Source of the DNA: Eledone cirrhosa
Taxonomy: Eukaryota
Length of the DNA: 64,000 nt
Assembly (NCBI GenBank): GCA_964016885.1
Contig: OZ024751.1
Span: 26,722,001 to 26,786,000 of the forward strand
Reading direction: 5' to 3'
A model generated the notes under the pieces. The model worked only from the letters and a program-made list of their open reading frames with translations, was not told where the DNA came from and did no database searches. Shown here in pieces: positions 14,115-28,809 of the stretch. The position numbers and the translations under genes are program-made. The stretch's first letter is position 1; the number at the start of each line of letters is the position of its first letter.

Positions 14115-14318
14115 GTAGGTCCCGGGTTGAGTCGGGGATAACCACAGTAAGTAAGGTACTCAATACATGGCAGAGTAAAATTTTTTATTTTATAGAAGGA
14201 GCTTCTACAGGGCTAGTACTGTTTCATTCAGATGAAATCTTCAGAAAGCTTCCTGAAGATTTCATCTGAATGAAACAGTACTAGTCCTGTAGAAGCTCTT
14301 TCTATAAAATAAAAAAAA
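14114..14318. mobile_element. Family alpha non-autonomous PLE-derived element with ~65-bp fold-back arms, in (TA)n
   Basis: Inverted repeat 14180-14244 / 14253-14318; siblings at 8748, 33193 and 43966. Confidence 0.8.
14247..14297 (+). ncRNA. Complete type-I hammerhead ribozyme motif
   Basis: AGCUUC-CUGAAGA-U-UUCA-UC-UGAA-U-GAAA-CAG-UACUAGUC-CUGUA|GAAGCU: 6-bp stem I, stem II, 4-bp stem III ACAG/CUGU, GUA cleavage triplet ending at 14291. Confidence 0.8.
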
Positions 14319-14603
14319 ATATATATATATATACATATACAGTATTTTCCGTTGTGTTGTAATATAAATATTACACACAGCTCACGTAGAGTTTGCTCGA
14401 CGGTTCCAGTTGTAGTTCCAAAAGTAATCCGGAGAAAAATAGAAAGATTTGAATGGATACAGTTTAGTTATATATATATATTTACACACACACATATACA
14501 TTTATACTGATGTAAAAGTTAAGTGGAAATATCCAAGAGTAAGAGCACTCAGTCCATTGGATGAGTTTAGTATAAATAATTACAACAGACAGTGACATAA
14601 GCA

Positions 14604-14722
14604 GGTAACTAAGTTTCGTTGGGTTCTGGGCCCCAATTCATTCTGCCTGTCATAAGAAAAATATTTTTCTCATGACAGGCTGAAGAAATTTGGGCCCAGA
14701 ACCCAACGAAACTTGAGTACCT
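14604..14722 (+). ncRNA. Hammerhead motif (14677-14722) with upstream antisense copy forming a palindrome
   Basis: agg-CTGAAGA-aat-ttggg-cccagaa-cccaa-c-GAAA-cttgaGTA|cct; left arm 14604-14660 is its reverse complement. Confidence 0.65.
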
Positions 14723-14838
14723 CTTTATGCCACTGTCTGTTGTAATTATATATATATATATATATGTATATACATATAAGATATATATGTATATATATAT
14801 GCATATATATATAAATACGTACATATATATAAATACGT

Positions 14839-14905
<67 letters not shown>

Positions 14906-15395
14906 AATATGTATATATATGCATGTAAATCGGATGATTCGTTTTCCTACGGCGTATATAATTTCTGGATAGGGTATCTCTAGCTATATATAATATCTGT
15001 AGAATGTCTCTAGTAATATTTTATTTCAATTATTTCCCTATCAGACACGGACCATTGAGCAAGGGAAAACATATTATTATCTCGAATATCATTCGGCAGA
15101 CATAGACTGGTGTGTTGTGGCGTGGTGAAGTACATTGCAGTGCCATCTAGACTATTGTAGTGCAGTGTGGTGTAGTGTAGTGCACTGTGGGATGGTGTAT
15201 CATATGATATATATATATATATATATATGTATGTCTGTGTGTGTGTTTATAAGTATATATACATTTATATATATCTCTCTCTCTCTCTCACTCTCTCTCT
15301 CTCTATATATATATATATAAAGGAGCGATCGACTTTCGTCAAATCGGACCGAGGGAACAATGCTAATACTATCTATCGGTCGCAACTCCAGGTAG

Positions 15396-15515
15396 AAGGA
15401 GCAACGTGAAATAAAGTGTCTTGCTCAAGGACATAACGCATGACCTGGTCCAGGAATCGAACTCACAACCTTACGATTGCGAATCCAATTCCCTAACCAC
15501 TCAGCCACACGCCTT
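15396..15515 (-). mobile_element. tRNA-derived SINE family B, 5' part
   Basis: Minus strand gaaggcgtgtggctgagtggttaggg...gagttcgattcctgg...tccttgagcaagacactttatttcacgttgctcc. Confidence 0.85.
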
Positions 15516-15695
15516 CATATATATATATATATATAAGTATATATATATATATATATATACATATATATACATGTATATATATATATAATATGCTATATAC
15601 TACAAATGTATATATATGTGTAGATATGTATATGTGTGTATATATATAAAAGTATATATGTATACATATATGTATATATGTATATACATATATAC

Positions 15696-15882
<187 letters not shown>

Positions 15883-16153
15883 TATCAACATATATTCATT
15901 TACGAGAGAGAGATGTTAGTGAGTGTTGGCAGAAGATCTGGATAAGTTAAGTGGGTATTTATCAGGTTTAACTTAATTACGTATTGCTGCAGTCCAAACA
16001 TCCATCATTGGTCTCTGTTTAAGTATTATTTAAATAGAGTCATGGCAGCCATATTGGTCCCGTTCTCAGTGATACGGAACGCCATCTATATAGATATCTC
16101 AGCAACTATAAGGGGCAGGAACCTTATATAATACACACACAAACATATACACA

Positions 16154-16189
<36 letters not shown>

Positions 16190-16771
16190 AACACATGCAT
16201 ATATAAATATGTATATATATACACACACAAACACATATATATGTATATATATATATACACACACACACACATATTTATATATGTAATATATATATATACA
16301 CACACACATATATATATATACTCAGACACATGCACACACACACACACACACATACACACATATATATATATATATACACACACACTCACGCACACATTTA
16401 TACATATATACACCCACACATAAATATGTATGCATGTGAGTGTGTATGCGTCTATATATATATATATATGTGTGTGTGTTTATATATATATCTGTGTGTG
16501 TTTATATATATATGTGTGTGTGTTTATATATATATATATATATATATGTGTGTTTATATATATATATATATATGTGTGTTTATATATATATATATACATA
16601 TATATAAAATTCCCATTTACCTAACCTCAACAGCCCAAGTGAAATGAAGAGAAAAATTAAAGAAAAGAATTTTATTTATAAATTCCAACCCAAGCTAAAT
16701 GAACAATAATAATGCTGAGGGGTATTACTTCCACTATGACTACGACTACGACCATGTCGACTACCACCACT

Positions 16772-16804
<33 letters not shown>

Positions 16805-17332
16805 AATAATAATAATAAAAGTGATGATGTTGATGATTACTGAAGATCTTTTATAAAACCCCTAGAAAACGCTATTTTCATCATTTCTAAAAATAGCAAA
16901 ACGATTGATGCTTTGGATAGGGTCAAATAAAAGACGTTAGAATGCTCAACCGACCGTGGCGCCAAAACAAATCAGCTTTAGTAATCTAGTGAAACCACAC
17001 ACCGATTGGTCGAAATACAGTTCGCAAAACTTAGCATTCTGTAGCCCTTTTTTTTACTGTATATAAGGCACATATTGTAGCCATCTCATTACAGTTGAAA
17101 ATTGCAAACTTGACTGTCACCACTGAATTTGAACCTGAAGATTGCGAAAGCATGAAAGTACTTGTTCAATTAACATTTAACATTTAATATTCTACCATAA
17201 TATTTTATTATAATATCATTATAAATTTTAAAGGACTGTAAATAAAACGAGTAAATCAGACAAAGTTGGAATTCCTTTTATTAATATAATCTTCTATACA
17301 CAATCATACGCGTCATATATCAAATCATATAT

Positions 17333-17393
17333 TTTATCTGACGAGGACGTACTAAAAAAAACAACACAGTACCTTCGAAATATATATAATAAA
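17333..17393 (+). ncRNA. Intact minimal type-I hammerhead ribozyme motif
   Basis: UUUAU-CUGACGA-GGA-c-GUACU-loop-AGUAC-c-UUC-GAAA-UAUAUAUA|AUAAA: perfect core, 5-bp stem I, palindromic stem III. Confidence 0.75.
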
Positions 17394-17441
17394 GCATATA
17401 TTTTGATTATGTGAATATCTTCATTTGTTAATATTTAAAAT

Positions 17442-17472
<31 letters not shown>

Positions 17473-17473
17473 T

Positions 17474-17556
<83 letters not shown>

Positions 17557-17558
17557 CA

Positions 17559-17739
<181 letters not shown>

Positions 17740-17846
17740 ATATATATATATGTATGTACGTGTGTCTGGTTTTTATGCATGTTCATCTGGTTTTATTTTT
17801 AAAATTTCTCACCAAAGAAGAGTTGGTTTCCAACTGAGAAACAAGG

Positions 17847-17972
<126 letters not shown>

Positions 17973-18078
17973 ATGTATGTATGTATGTATGTATGTATGT
18001 TAGTATGTATATATATATATATATATATTATGTATGAATGTGGTGATGTAAGCGTGCATTTTCATATCTTTCTCTCTC

Positions 18079-18147
<69 letters not shown>

Positions 18148-18430
18148 TGAAACATACAATTTTGGAATGTTTTACATATTTTCACAGTTCCAGTAATTTA
18201 TAATTCTTAATTATCCATGTCCCGTTTTCGCTTTGTGGGGCCCAGCTACGACAAGCTCCTTAAATAATTAGTTAAAAGTCTTCACGATGTCACCCCAGTT
18301 TGTGGGGCCCAGCTATCACCAGGTCCTCAATTCTAAAGCAACAGAAAGTTAATGTTGCAAACTAAATATAAAGATCTCGAGGAAATATGAAATGTCCTTA
18401 ATAAAAATGATCAAATTGGAGCATAGTCGT

Positions 18431-18475
<45 letters not shown>

Positions 18476-18477
<2 letters not shown>

Positions 18478-18752
18478 AGGTGCATGGCTTAGTGGTTAGG
18501 GATGTTCCCGATCGTAAGGTCGTGATTTCGATTCTCGGAGCTGGCGACACGGTGTGCCATTGCTCAAGACACTCAACTGGCAAAAATTAGTTCTACCCGT
18601 AAATTAATGGGCCATCCTTGTCACACACTGTGTCACATTGAGAACTTCTTTAAGGCTGCACGTGTCTGTGGAATGCTCAGCCAATTACGTGTAAATTTCA
18701 CGTTGATTGAATCAATTGAAGCCCTCATCGTTGGAAACGACGGAATGCCTCC
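18476..18752 (+). mobile_element. tRNA-derived SINE family B, full length
   Basis: A-box tggcttagtgg, B-box-like atttcgattc, body cacactgtgtcac...gtgtctgtggaatgctcagcca, tail gacggaatgcc. Confidence 0.85.
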
Positions 18753-18888
18753 ATAAGTATATGCACACACACACACTCACACTCACACTCACACACACAC
18801 ACACACTCACACTCACACTCACACAATGAATATATATATATATTCGTGCATACATACACACATACATACATATGTCCACACACAGATA

Positions 18889-18921
<33 letters not shown>

Positions 18922-18923
18922 AG

Positions 18924-18993
<70 letters not shown>

Positions 18994-19163
18994 ATATAGT
19001 ATATCACCATCCTGTGATTAACTCAGCACGGCCCAGTGATATGGGACGAGTTATGCGAAAGATGGCGGGCTCGGATTAAAATCTAATGTAACATATAATA
19101 TATATTTATTTCTACTTCAAAGATCATCTGTTAAATATGTCTCTCTTTTTCTCGGTATACATA

Positions 19164-19204
<41 letters not shown>

Positions 19205-19225
19205 ATACACACACACATATATATA

Positions 19226-19462
19226 TATGAGAGAGAGAGACAAGGAGAAAGAGAGATGCATACGCACACACACACATACACATACTCACACACACATATA
19301 TATATATATATGAGAGAGAGAGACAAGGAGAAAGAGAGATGCATACGCACACACACACATACTCACACACACACACATATATATATATGAGAGAGAGACA
19401 CAGCGAGAAAGAGAGATGCATACGCACACACACACATACACATACTCACACACACACATATA
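19226..19462. repeat. Compound-microsatellite unit duplicated x3
   Basis: gagagagacaaggagaaagagagatgcatacgcacacac recurs three times. Confidence 0.85.
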
Positions 19463-19890
19463 TATGTTGTGTATATGTGTGAATCCATGATTTGTACAAC
19501 AGTAACAACTAACCTACCACTATATTAGAAAACCTCATTCATTTCCAGATCGCCCTCAATATACTTTGGAATGCTCATATAAAGTGTCTCTGTAAACAAC
19601 CATTATAAACTTCATAGCAACGTTCTCTGGCAAGTCTGTGTATCCAACCTTCTATATTGGTGCCAGTTGTGGACTACATACAGTAGACCCCGACCCACTA
19701 ACATCAACACTATTGAATCCAAACAATAAAAGCAGAGCCATATTTACCTATTGCTCGACTCTTAGTCTTTCAAGGGTCTCCCCTTAATTCTCAGAATCCC
19801 CGAACTCAGGTAATAGCGCCTCGACAAGAAATAAAGAAAAATAAATGAAAAAAAATTGATTTACACCTGGCCGTTACAGGGCACCAGGTA

Positions 19891-20000
19891 TTCTTCTTCT
19901 TCTTCTTCTTCTTCTTCTTCTTCTTCTTCTTCTTCTTCTTCTTCTTCTTCTTCAGAATCAACAAGAGACGGCAATCGTCTGTGGAGATGCTGCAATCCTC
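19891..20000 (-). mobile_element. Probable LINE 3' end with (GAA)n tail
   Basis: Short unique segment followed on the minus strand by (GAA)n, same architecture as the RTE-like end at 62774-63260. Confidence 0.35.
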
Positions 20001-20006
20001 ATACAT

Positions 20007-20127
<121 letters not shown>

Positions 20128-20309
20128 CTTTATTTTCACTAAGTGATGAGTCTTCTAACGCAGGAAGTTAACAAGATGTAGCTAACTTAAATAATATTGA
20201 AACACTTATTCCGTATTGAGTAATTATTGATAGCCCTTAAACCATCACACGCATATATATACATACATACACACACACACTCACTCACACACATACACAC
20301 ACACCCACC

Positions 20310-20342
<33 letters not shown>

Positions 20343-20343
20343 C

Positions 20344-20396
<53 letters not shown>

Positions 20397-20573
20397 ATAC
20401 GTGTGTACACAGTATCTCCGTGCGAAAAAATACATATAATTAATTAATTATATATATAAGATTACGCTTGTAAAATAATATTGAATTTATAATGGTTAGT
20501 TACATTTGGTCTCTCTTTCTCCCGTTCCCTCCCTCTCCCTCTTTATATATGTGTGTGTGTGTGTGTGTGTGTG

Positions 20574-20790
20574 AAGGCACGTGGCTAAGTGGTTAGATAA
20601 TTGGATTCTCAATCGCGAGGTTGCGATTTCGATTCCCAGGTGGGGCGACGCGTTATGTCCTTTATTTCACGTTCCTCCACCTGCCTGGAGTTGCGACCGA
20701 CAGATAGTACTAGCAATTGGAACGACCAATGGAAACATTGTTTCCTCGCTCCGATTTGACGAGCTCCACCCCACTCGAATGAGGTCTGGA
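20574..20790 (+). mobile_element. SINE family B-related copy
   Basis: gaaggcacgtggctaagtggttag...atttcgattcccagg...ttatttcacgtt. Confidence 0.75.
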
Positions 20791-20810
20791 ATCTTGTCGA
20801 TCGACTATCG

Positions 20811-20848
<38 letters not shown>

Positions 20849-20879
20849 TGTCAGCATGACTTGGCAAGCTAATTAGAAC

Positions 20880-21090
20880 ACAGGATTAACCCCTTTACTT
20901 CCCTCTGAAGAAGAGATATTATCTCGAAATATAAGGATATTCAAATAAATTTAAGGTTAAAGACTAATTGTCAGCAATATCTTTTGCATTTGTATTTATA
21001 TTCTATACCCATACCTGCATCGTTCTGGACTTCTAACTTCAAACGTTTATACCTCACTACGCAATGCTTCAAGTAAAGTAGAATTTCCTT

Positions 21091-21093
<3 letters not shown>
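20880..21093 (+). mobile_element. Family beta HHR-bearing short element (HHR 20902-20936)
   Basis: cct-CTGAAGA-a-GAGAT-att-ATCTC-GAAA-tata|agg; body is the reverse complement of 36560-36795 and 53591-53785; ends in (TA)n. Confidence 0.75.
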
Positions 21094-21127
<34 letters not shown>

Positions 21128-21716
21128 TGGAAAAACCTCTTTCCATGACTAACACAATAAAATACACACAGGCAACATGGCAGCCAAATGGTTTGAAACA
21201 CCAAACGTTCTCACGCAAAACATATGACCAGTAACGTCACACGATGCTAGCTAAGTGTTAAACTCAACGGGAACAAGAGAAATGTCCTATTAATACCAGA
21301 AATATACGAAGATTAGCAAACATCAAAGAGAAGTTATTGAATTAACATTGTTTGTTCCAGTAAAATATTAAACACTATTTTATGGCATTTCGTATTTGAC
21401 GGTCATTTCACAAAAATAGATTTCTATAATACTTTCAATACAGACACATACAGAGGAACAAACGAATAGAAACATACATACATAGGCAGATACTCACACA
21501 CAAGTGCACATATATATATACATACACACACATATACATTAGTTTAACGCTTGATAGCGTATGTATGTATGTATGTATGTATGTATGTATGTATGTATGT
21601 ATGTATGTATGTATGTATGTATGAATGTATATATGTATGTAGGTATGTAGGTAGGTCGGTAATATGTATTTATATATTTATGTATTCAAATATATATATA
21701 TATATATATACACATC

Positions 21717-21759
<43 letters not shown>

Positions 21760-22279
21760 AAGAATTTATGTACGTAACTCCAGCTATTATAAATAGAAAA
21801 TTATTTTTGAAAGAGGCCAAACTTAAATAATATTCAAAAACATCAATTACACTAATTAATTATATATAAAAATGTTCGGCCTGTAGCTATTATATTGTAT
21901 ATACTCAGTGAAGAGGGGGCCATGATGAATTGACTGGGAGGAGTTGAATGTTTGCAATGTTCGAGATGTTGTAGTCAAAATATTTAGAGTTGTTTTGTCG
22001 TTTTCTTTGCAACGGAATTGATATTTAAGTGTTATTTTGGCTGAAGAGAGATACGTTATATAGAATTTTACAATAATGACAGGGAGCCCCTGTTGGCACG
22101 GGACCAAGAGACTCAGTTGCAATCTGGGAGGTGAGAATACTCGCTGGATGTGCTATGTACGAAGAAATTCTTTGTGTGTTTTTGATTTTGTTGTTCTGAT
22201 TGATGTTGATGACTGACATGACTCGCAGATAACGTTTAAGATGAGTTTCTCTTGGATGTTCCTGAGAGGTATCTTATAA

Positions 22280-22347
<68 letters not shown>

Positions 22348-22375
22348 GCATGTGTGTGTGTGTATGTGTGTGTGT

Positions 22376-22439
<64 letters not shown>

Positions 22440-22567
22440 GTGTGTGTGCATAAGCGTCATATAATTTTCAGACTATTTCAATTCAATAAGTAAATTGTGC
22501 ACGAAATTCACAACTATTGAGTCATTAATGTAGCTTCATTGGTATAAATAAACTCACAACACACACA

Positions 22568-23107
<540 letters not shown>

Positions 23108-23110
<3 letters not shown>

Positions 23111-23175
23111 GAGACTTCTGGCCTAGTGGTAAGGGTGTTGGACGTACGATGATGTCGTGGGTTCGATTCCTGGGC
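23108..23175 (+). mobile_element. SINE family B tRNA head fragment
   Basis: tggcctagtggtaagggtgttggac...gggttcgattcctgg (A and B boxes). Confidence 0.65.
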
Positions 23176-23278
23176 TTTGAAGTAGTTTGTTTAAATATTT
23201 ATCGTTATGTGATGAACTCGGGCTGATTGGTTGGGTAGGAATCACGCAACTGCTCATGGTCTTCGCTATATTTAATGT

Positions 23279-23369
<91 letters not shown>

Positions 23370-23852
23370 CTAACTTCGCATCTTTCTCCAGGAAAAAAAC
23401 TCTACCCCATTGTCTCAGGGTCATCTAACTTTCTATTTCTTCTGGCTCATATTCTTCCGATGAACGCCTAACGTCCAACACGTTGAGAATGCTTTCCTAC
23501 TATATCAACCCTTAAACTAATATTTATCATTGTCACACACATATATACATATATATATAGAGAGAGAGATAGAGGGGAGAGAGAGAGGAGAGAGGGAGGG
23601 AGGAGAGAGGGAGGAGAGAGAGATTAAAGGCCAGACGAAAGATTAAAGGCACGAATGTTTAAAAGAATTTTAAACATTATACCTCCATTCCTTCACAGAC
23701 GAATGGCGAGCGACGATATATACATACACACACACAATCACACATCACATACACACATACATACAATCACACACAAACACACAAACACACACACATATAT
23801 ATATATACAGCCACATACACATATATATATATATACACACATATATATATAT

Positions 23853-23885
<33 letters not shown>

Positions 23886-23934
23886 CACACCCACACACAA
23901 ATGTATATAAATACATACACATACACACACACAT

Positions 23935-23967
<33 letters not shown>

Positions 23968-24321
23968 CACCCACACACACATGTATATATATATATATAC
24001 ATATACATATACACACACACAGATACACATATCTTATAGGTAAATCAAGTGTCTTGCGTCAAGCTTTTAACGAGGCAATCAATTAGATGACTTTTCTTTC
24101 CAGCCTGTCAACAGTCGATACAAACATGGTTGACAGACTTGTTTAGAGAAAGATGTCACGTGACAGATGACGTGGTATTGTGGTTCTTCTGGAACGTAAT
24201 TTTGCTGGGCTTTCTATGAAATACTTTTAATTATCGTCTGTGGTAATGTTAACACAAACTGTGAAGAATTGTTACTTCTATTTGTAATGTCACGCATGTT
24301 TGCACATAGTTATATATTGAG

Positions 24322-24352
<31 letters not shown>

Positions 24353-24432
24353 TGTATGTATGTATGTATGTATGTATGTATGTATGTATGTATGTATATG
24401 TGTGTATGTGTGTATGTGTGTATGTATGTATG

Positions 24433-25000
24433 TTATCTCTTTCTCTTAATTTCGAGTAGATTTTTGACCGGCCACCTTCCTGGTGGCAAGGTTGTAAAAG
24501 AAAAGAAATTGTCATCCCTTGAATCGCAAGAATGTTTTGCAAATTTTGAAGGTGCCAGCTATCGCAGCCATTTGTAAACTATGAATTAGGGAGCTGCGCT
24601 CTTTGTCCGCAAATCCAAGTTCAGTCATACTTTGGTCCAAACGGGTTGGTATATAACCCGTAGCTCCAATAATAATGGGTATGAAGCTAAAGGTGTATCT
24701 TGGATACTGGATTTGTAAACTCCTCATCAATGGTCCGTAGATGTCCTCCTTCTGCAGTATTTTTCTGACAACATTGACATCAAGTGGGCAGCTGATCTCC
24801 ACACAACAGAACACGTTTTCAATGTGTGGTCCCAAACAACAATATCAGGCCGGTTGTGCCTTAACTTGGTGGCAGTTTTTATTTTCAGGTTCCACCAGTA
24901 TTCCTTAGTGCCATCTGTCTCAATATATTCTTCCTCGTTTGTTTTCAAATTTGTTTTCCGAAGTGCGTTCCAGATGGTTCTAGCTATCCCATCGTTTCTC
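24433..25000 (-). mobile_element. 5'-truncated R4/Dong-clade non-LTR retrotransposon 3' end (restriction-like endonuclease), frameshifted
   Basis: YWWNLKIKTATKLRHNRPDIVVWD...VEISCPLDVNV...KEDIYGPL...IPIIIGATG...KTFL: RPD/E/K-x-x-x-Y REL motifs; short 3' UTR; (CATA)n on both sides. Confidence 0.88.
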
Positions 25001-25393
25001 TATGTATGTATGTATGTATGTATGTATGTATGTATGTATGTATGTATGTATGTATGTATGTATGTATGTATGTATGTATGTATGTATGTATGTATTTTTG
25101 TATGTGTGTGTATGTGTGTATGCATGTATGTATATATGTGTGTATGTGTGTATGTATGTATGTATGTATGTATGTGTGTATGTGTGTATGTATGTATGTA
25201 TGTATGTTTATATAAATGAATGTATGTATGTTTATATAAATGTATATATGTATGTGTGTGTGCATGTATGTATAAATGTATGTATGTATGTATATATAAA
25301 TGTATGTATTTGTATATGTATGTATATATATATATATATACATACATACATACATATACACATACATACATTTATACATACATACATACATTT

Positions 25394-25434
<41 letters not shown>

Positions 25435-25470
25435 TATATAACCTTTTAATCTTAATCAAAACAAACTCAC

Positions 25471-25518
<48 letters not shown>

Positions 25519-26128
25519 GAGTATGTTTTGATTAAGATTAAAAGGTTTGTTTGACAAGCTGTCATGTAGAACTACAAACTCAAACACACGCACTCTTATA
25601 CACACACGCTCACACTCACATACACTCACACACACATCACATGCACACATACGCACGCACACACACACACACTTACAATAGGTCACACATGGATTGTCAC
25701 AAAGATTATAACTTCATTTAGCCGAGTGTCTATTCGTTTATCCGTTTGCCACCATACTTAACAACCATATCGAATATATATACACCTGTATACACCTGTA
25801 TACACCTGTATACACCTGTATAGACTATAGACGAACATCCGCTGACGAAGATATCCCAGTTCATTGCTTCTGCAATAGATGCAAATATGTAACTTCTCTT
25901 TTAACAATGAAAACAACCTAGAATATTAACTCCCTCCCGCGACCCATGTGACTATGTTTATTCCTGGGTATTTGGTGTTACCTATTATACAAGGTTCATA
26001 CACTGTCCTTGTTAGTTTACACCTGTTCAGATCTCCTTCAACATCGAGTAATTAACTAATTAACTAATTGTAATTAACTAATTGTATATCTATTCTCTGA
26101 GACAATAGATTATTTCATTTATCAGGGA

Positions 26129-26252
<124 letters not shown>

Positions 26253-26889
26253 CTGTGTATATACTGCTGGTTTCAATAATTAGCCTGCGGCCATGCTTGG
26301 GTAACACCATATTTAGTCGACCATATCGAGTCCAGTACATATTTTCAAGCCTGATATTTTTGGTCGAAACTCACACACACACACACATACATTCACTCAC
26401 TCTTTCCCTCTCTCTGTCGCTTTATCTCTCTCACTCTCTCTCACACACACATACACATTCTCTTTCTCACTCTCTCTCTCTCTTTCTTTCTCTTTTTCAC
26501 ACACACACACTCTCTCTCTCTTTTACACACATTCACTCTCTCTCCCTCTCTCTCTTTCTCTCACTCACACACACACTCACACTGTCGCTCACACACACCC
26601 ACGTATTACTAGACTGAAGATGTGATATCTCAATGGTGTCGGACCAGAGTATCCAATCAATGTCAGTGAAACAGACCCAACTTCATATATTCTCTATCCA
26701 TCTTCACACACGTTCACCAAAAGTAAATTTGGAACATTTTCCCTCCCTTAGCTTCTTAGGCTTGAACCCTGCCTCACTCTAATGCTAGGCATACCTGAGA
26801 TTCGGGGTTTCATTCCCTGGGGAGACTCTGTTTCCGTCTCCCGGGGTTTTGTACTCGATTTATTCAATTATTATTTACTATTATCAAAA

Positions 26890-27082
26890 GGGCGGTGGAT
26901 TGGCAGTATAGGTGGAGGGTCGGACGCCATGCTTTGACGCATAGAGTTACGTCCCTTGCCATTCTGAGTTCAAATCCCGCTGAGGTTGACTTTGCCTTTC
27001 ATCCTTACGGGGTCGATAAAATAAAGTACCAGTAATGCACTGGGTAATTGCTGGCTTTGTGCCTAAAGTAGAAACAATTATT
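26890..27082 (+). mobile_element. SINE family A, full length, with ~17-18 bp TSD
   Basis: ggcggtggattggcag...gagttcaaatccc...agaaacaatta; ttatttactattatcaa at 26871-26887 and 27078-27094. Confidence 0.92.
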
Positions 27083-27611
27083 TACTATTATCAACAATTA
27101 TTATGTATGTGTAAGTATATGTATTAATCTACGTATTAATTTATGTCTGTGATTGTATACGTACATGTGCTCGTGTATGTGTTTGTAGTACATATGGAAA
27201 TGCACTCACCACACACACACACGTACACACGCACACACGTACACACGCACACACGTACACACATACACACGCACACACGTACACACGCACACACGTACAC
27301 CCCAAGAAAGCCGAATCTTTCTACTATCCCCGGGATAAAGTCCTGTCACATTTAAATATAATTCTAATATGTCCCCAGAATGAGAAAAAGAGAAAGAGGG
27401 TGAGATTGAGAGAAATAGAGAGAGTGAGAGAATGAGAGGGGGGTGAGCCAGAGGTAGAGAAAGAGAGAGAGAGAGAGAGAGAGGTGACATCACACTTTAC
27501 ATTCATAATAATATTAATTTAAATAGCATTCTTCTTTAATTTTAGATTTTTATTTAAACTTAATTATGTAACTGAACAAACCAACACATTTCAACCCTAC
27601 GGCCTTTCTGT

Positions 27612-27883
27612 ACACACACACACACAGACACACAGACACACACAAACACACACAGACACAAACACACACACACACACAGACACACACAAACACACACAGA
27701 CACAAACACACACACACACACACACACAGAGACACACACACAAACAAACATACAGACACACACGCACACAAACACACAGACACACACACGCACACACAGA
27801 CACACACACACAAACACACACAGAGACACATACACACACAGACACAGACACACACACACAGACACATAGACACACACACACAG

Positions 27884-27914
<31 letters not shown>

Positions 27915-28003
27915 GACACACGCACACAGACACACAGTCACATAGACACAGAGAAAAAGAGAGAGACAGAGACACACACACACATACACACACACACACA
28001 CAT
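27612..28003. repeat. Degenerate (CA)n/(CAGA)n tract
   Basis: Directly visible. Confidence 0.95.
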
Positions 28004-28331
28004 ATATATATATATGCTTCTGTATGTGTGGGTATGTGTTTCTATAGTTATATATAGATCTACATACTTACATACACACATATATATATGGACAGTACAT
28101 AGACTCCATTTTGGAGTGGTTGGCATGGGTGGAGAACCTGACTAAAATCTCTATTTAATTGTTTATCAGATTCTGGAAGACTAGATTTCTATTCAATGCT
28201 TCAGGCCAAAGTTGACATTTATACTAATGTGTGTGTATGTATGCATGTATGTATGTATGTATGTATGAATGGATGAATGTATGTATGTATGTATGTGTGT
28301 ACGCATGTATGTATGTATGTGTGTACGTTTG

Positions 28332-28365
<34 letters not shown>

Positions 28366-28560
28366 TGTATGTATGTATGTATGTATGTACGTATGTATGT
28401 ATATATGTATGTGTGTGTATATATATATGTATGTGTGTACACACACAAACACACATGCATACACACATGCATATATATCTATTTGACTATACACCCAGTT
28501 GACATTACACAAGTGTATCTACCTCAGTGCAGACATGTTTATAACTGACGCCGCCTTTTC

Positions 28561-28661
<101 letters not shown>

Positions 28662-28671
28662 GTGTTTGCAT

Positions 28672-28705
<34 letters not shown>

Positions 28706-28762
28706 CAGCAGTAGTAGTAACAGCAGTACTACTACTAGTAGTAGTAGTAGTAGTAGTAGTAA

Positions 28763-28809
<47 letters not shown>

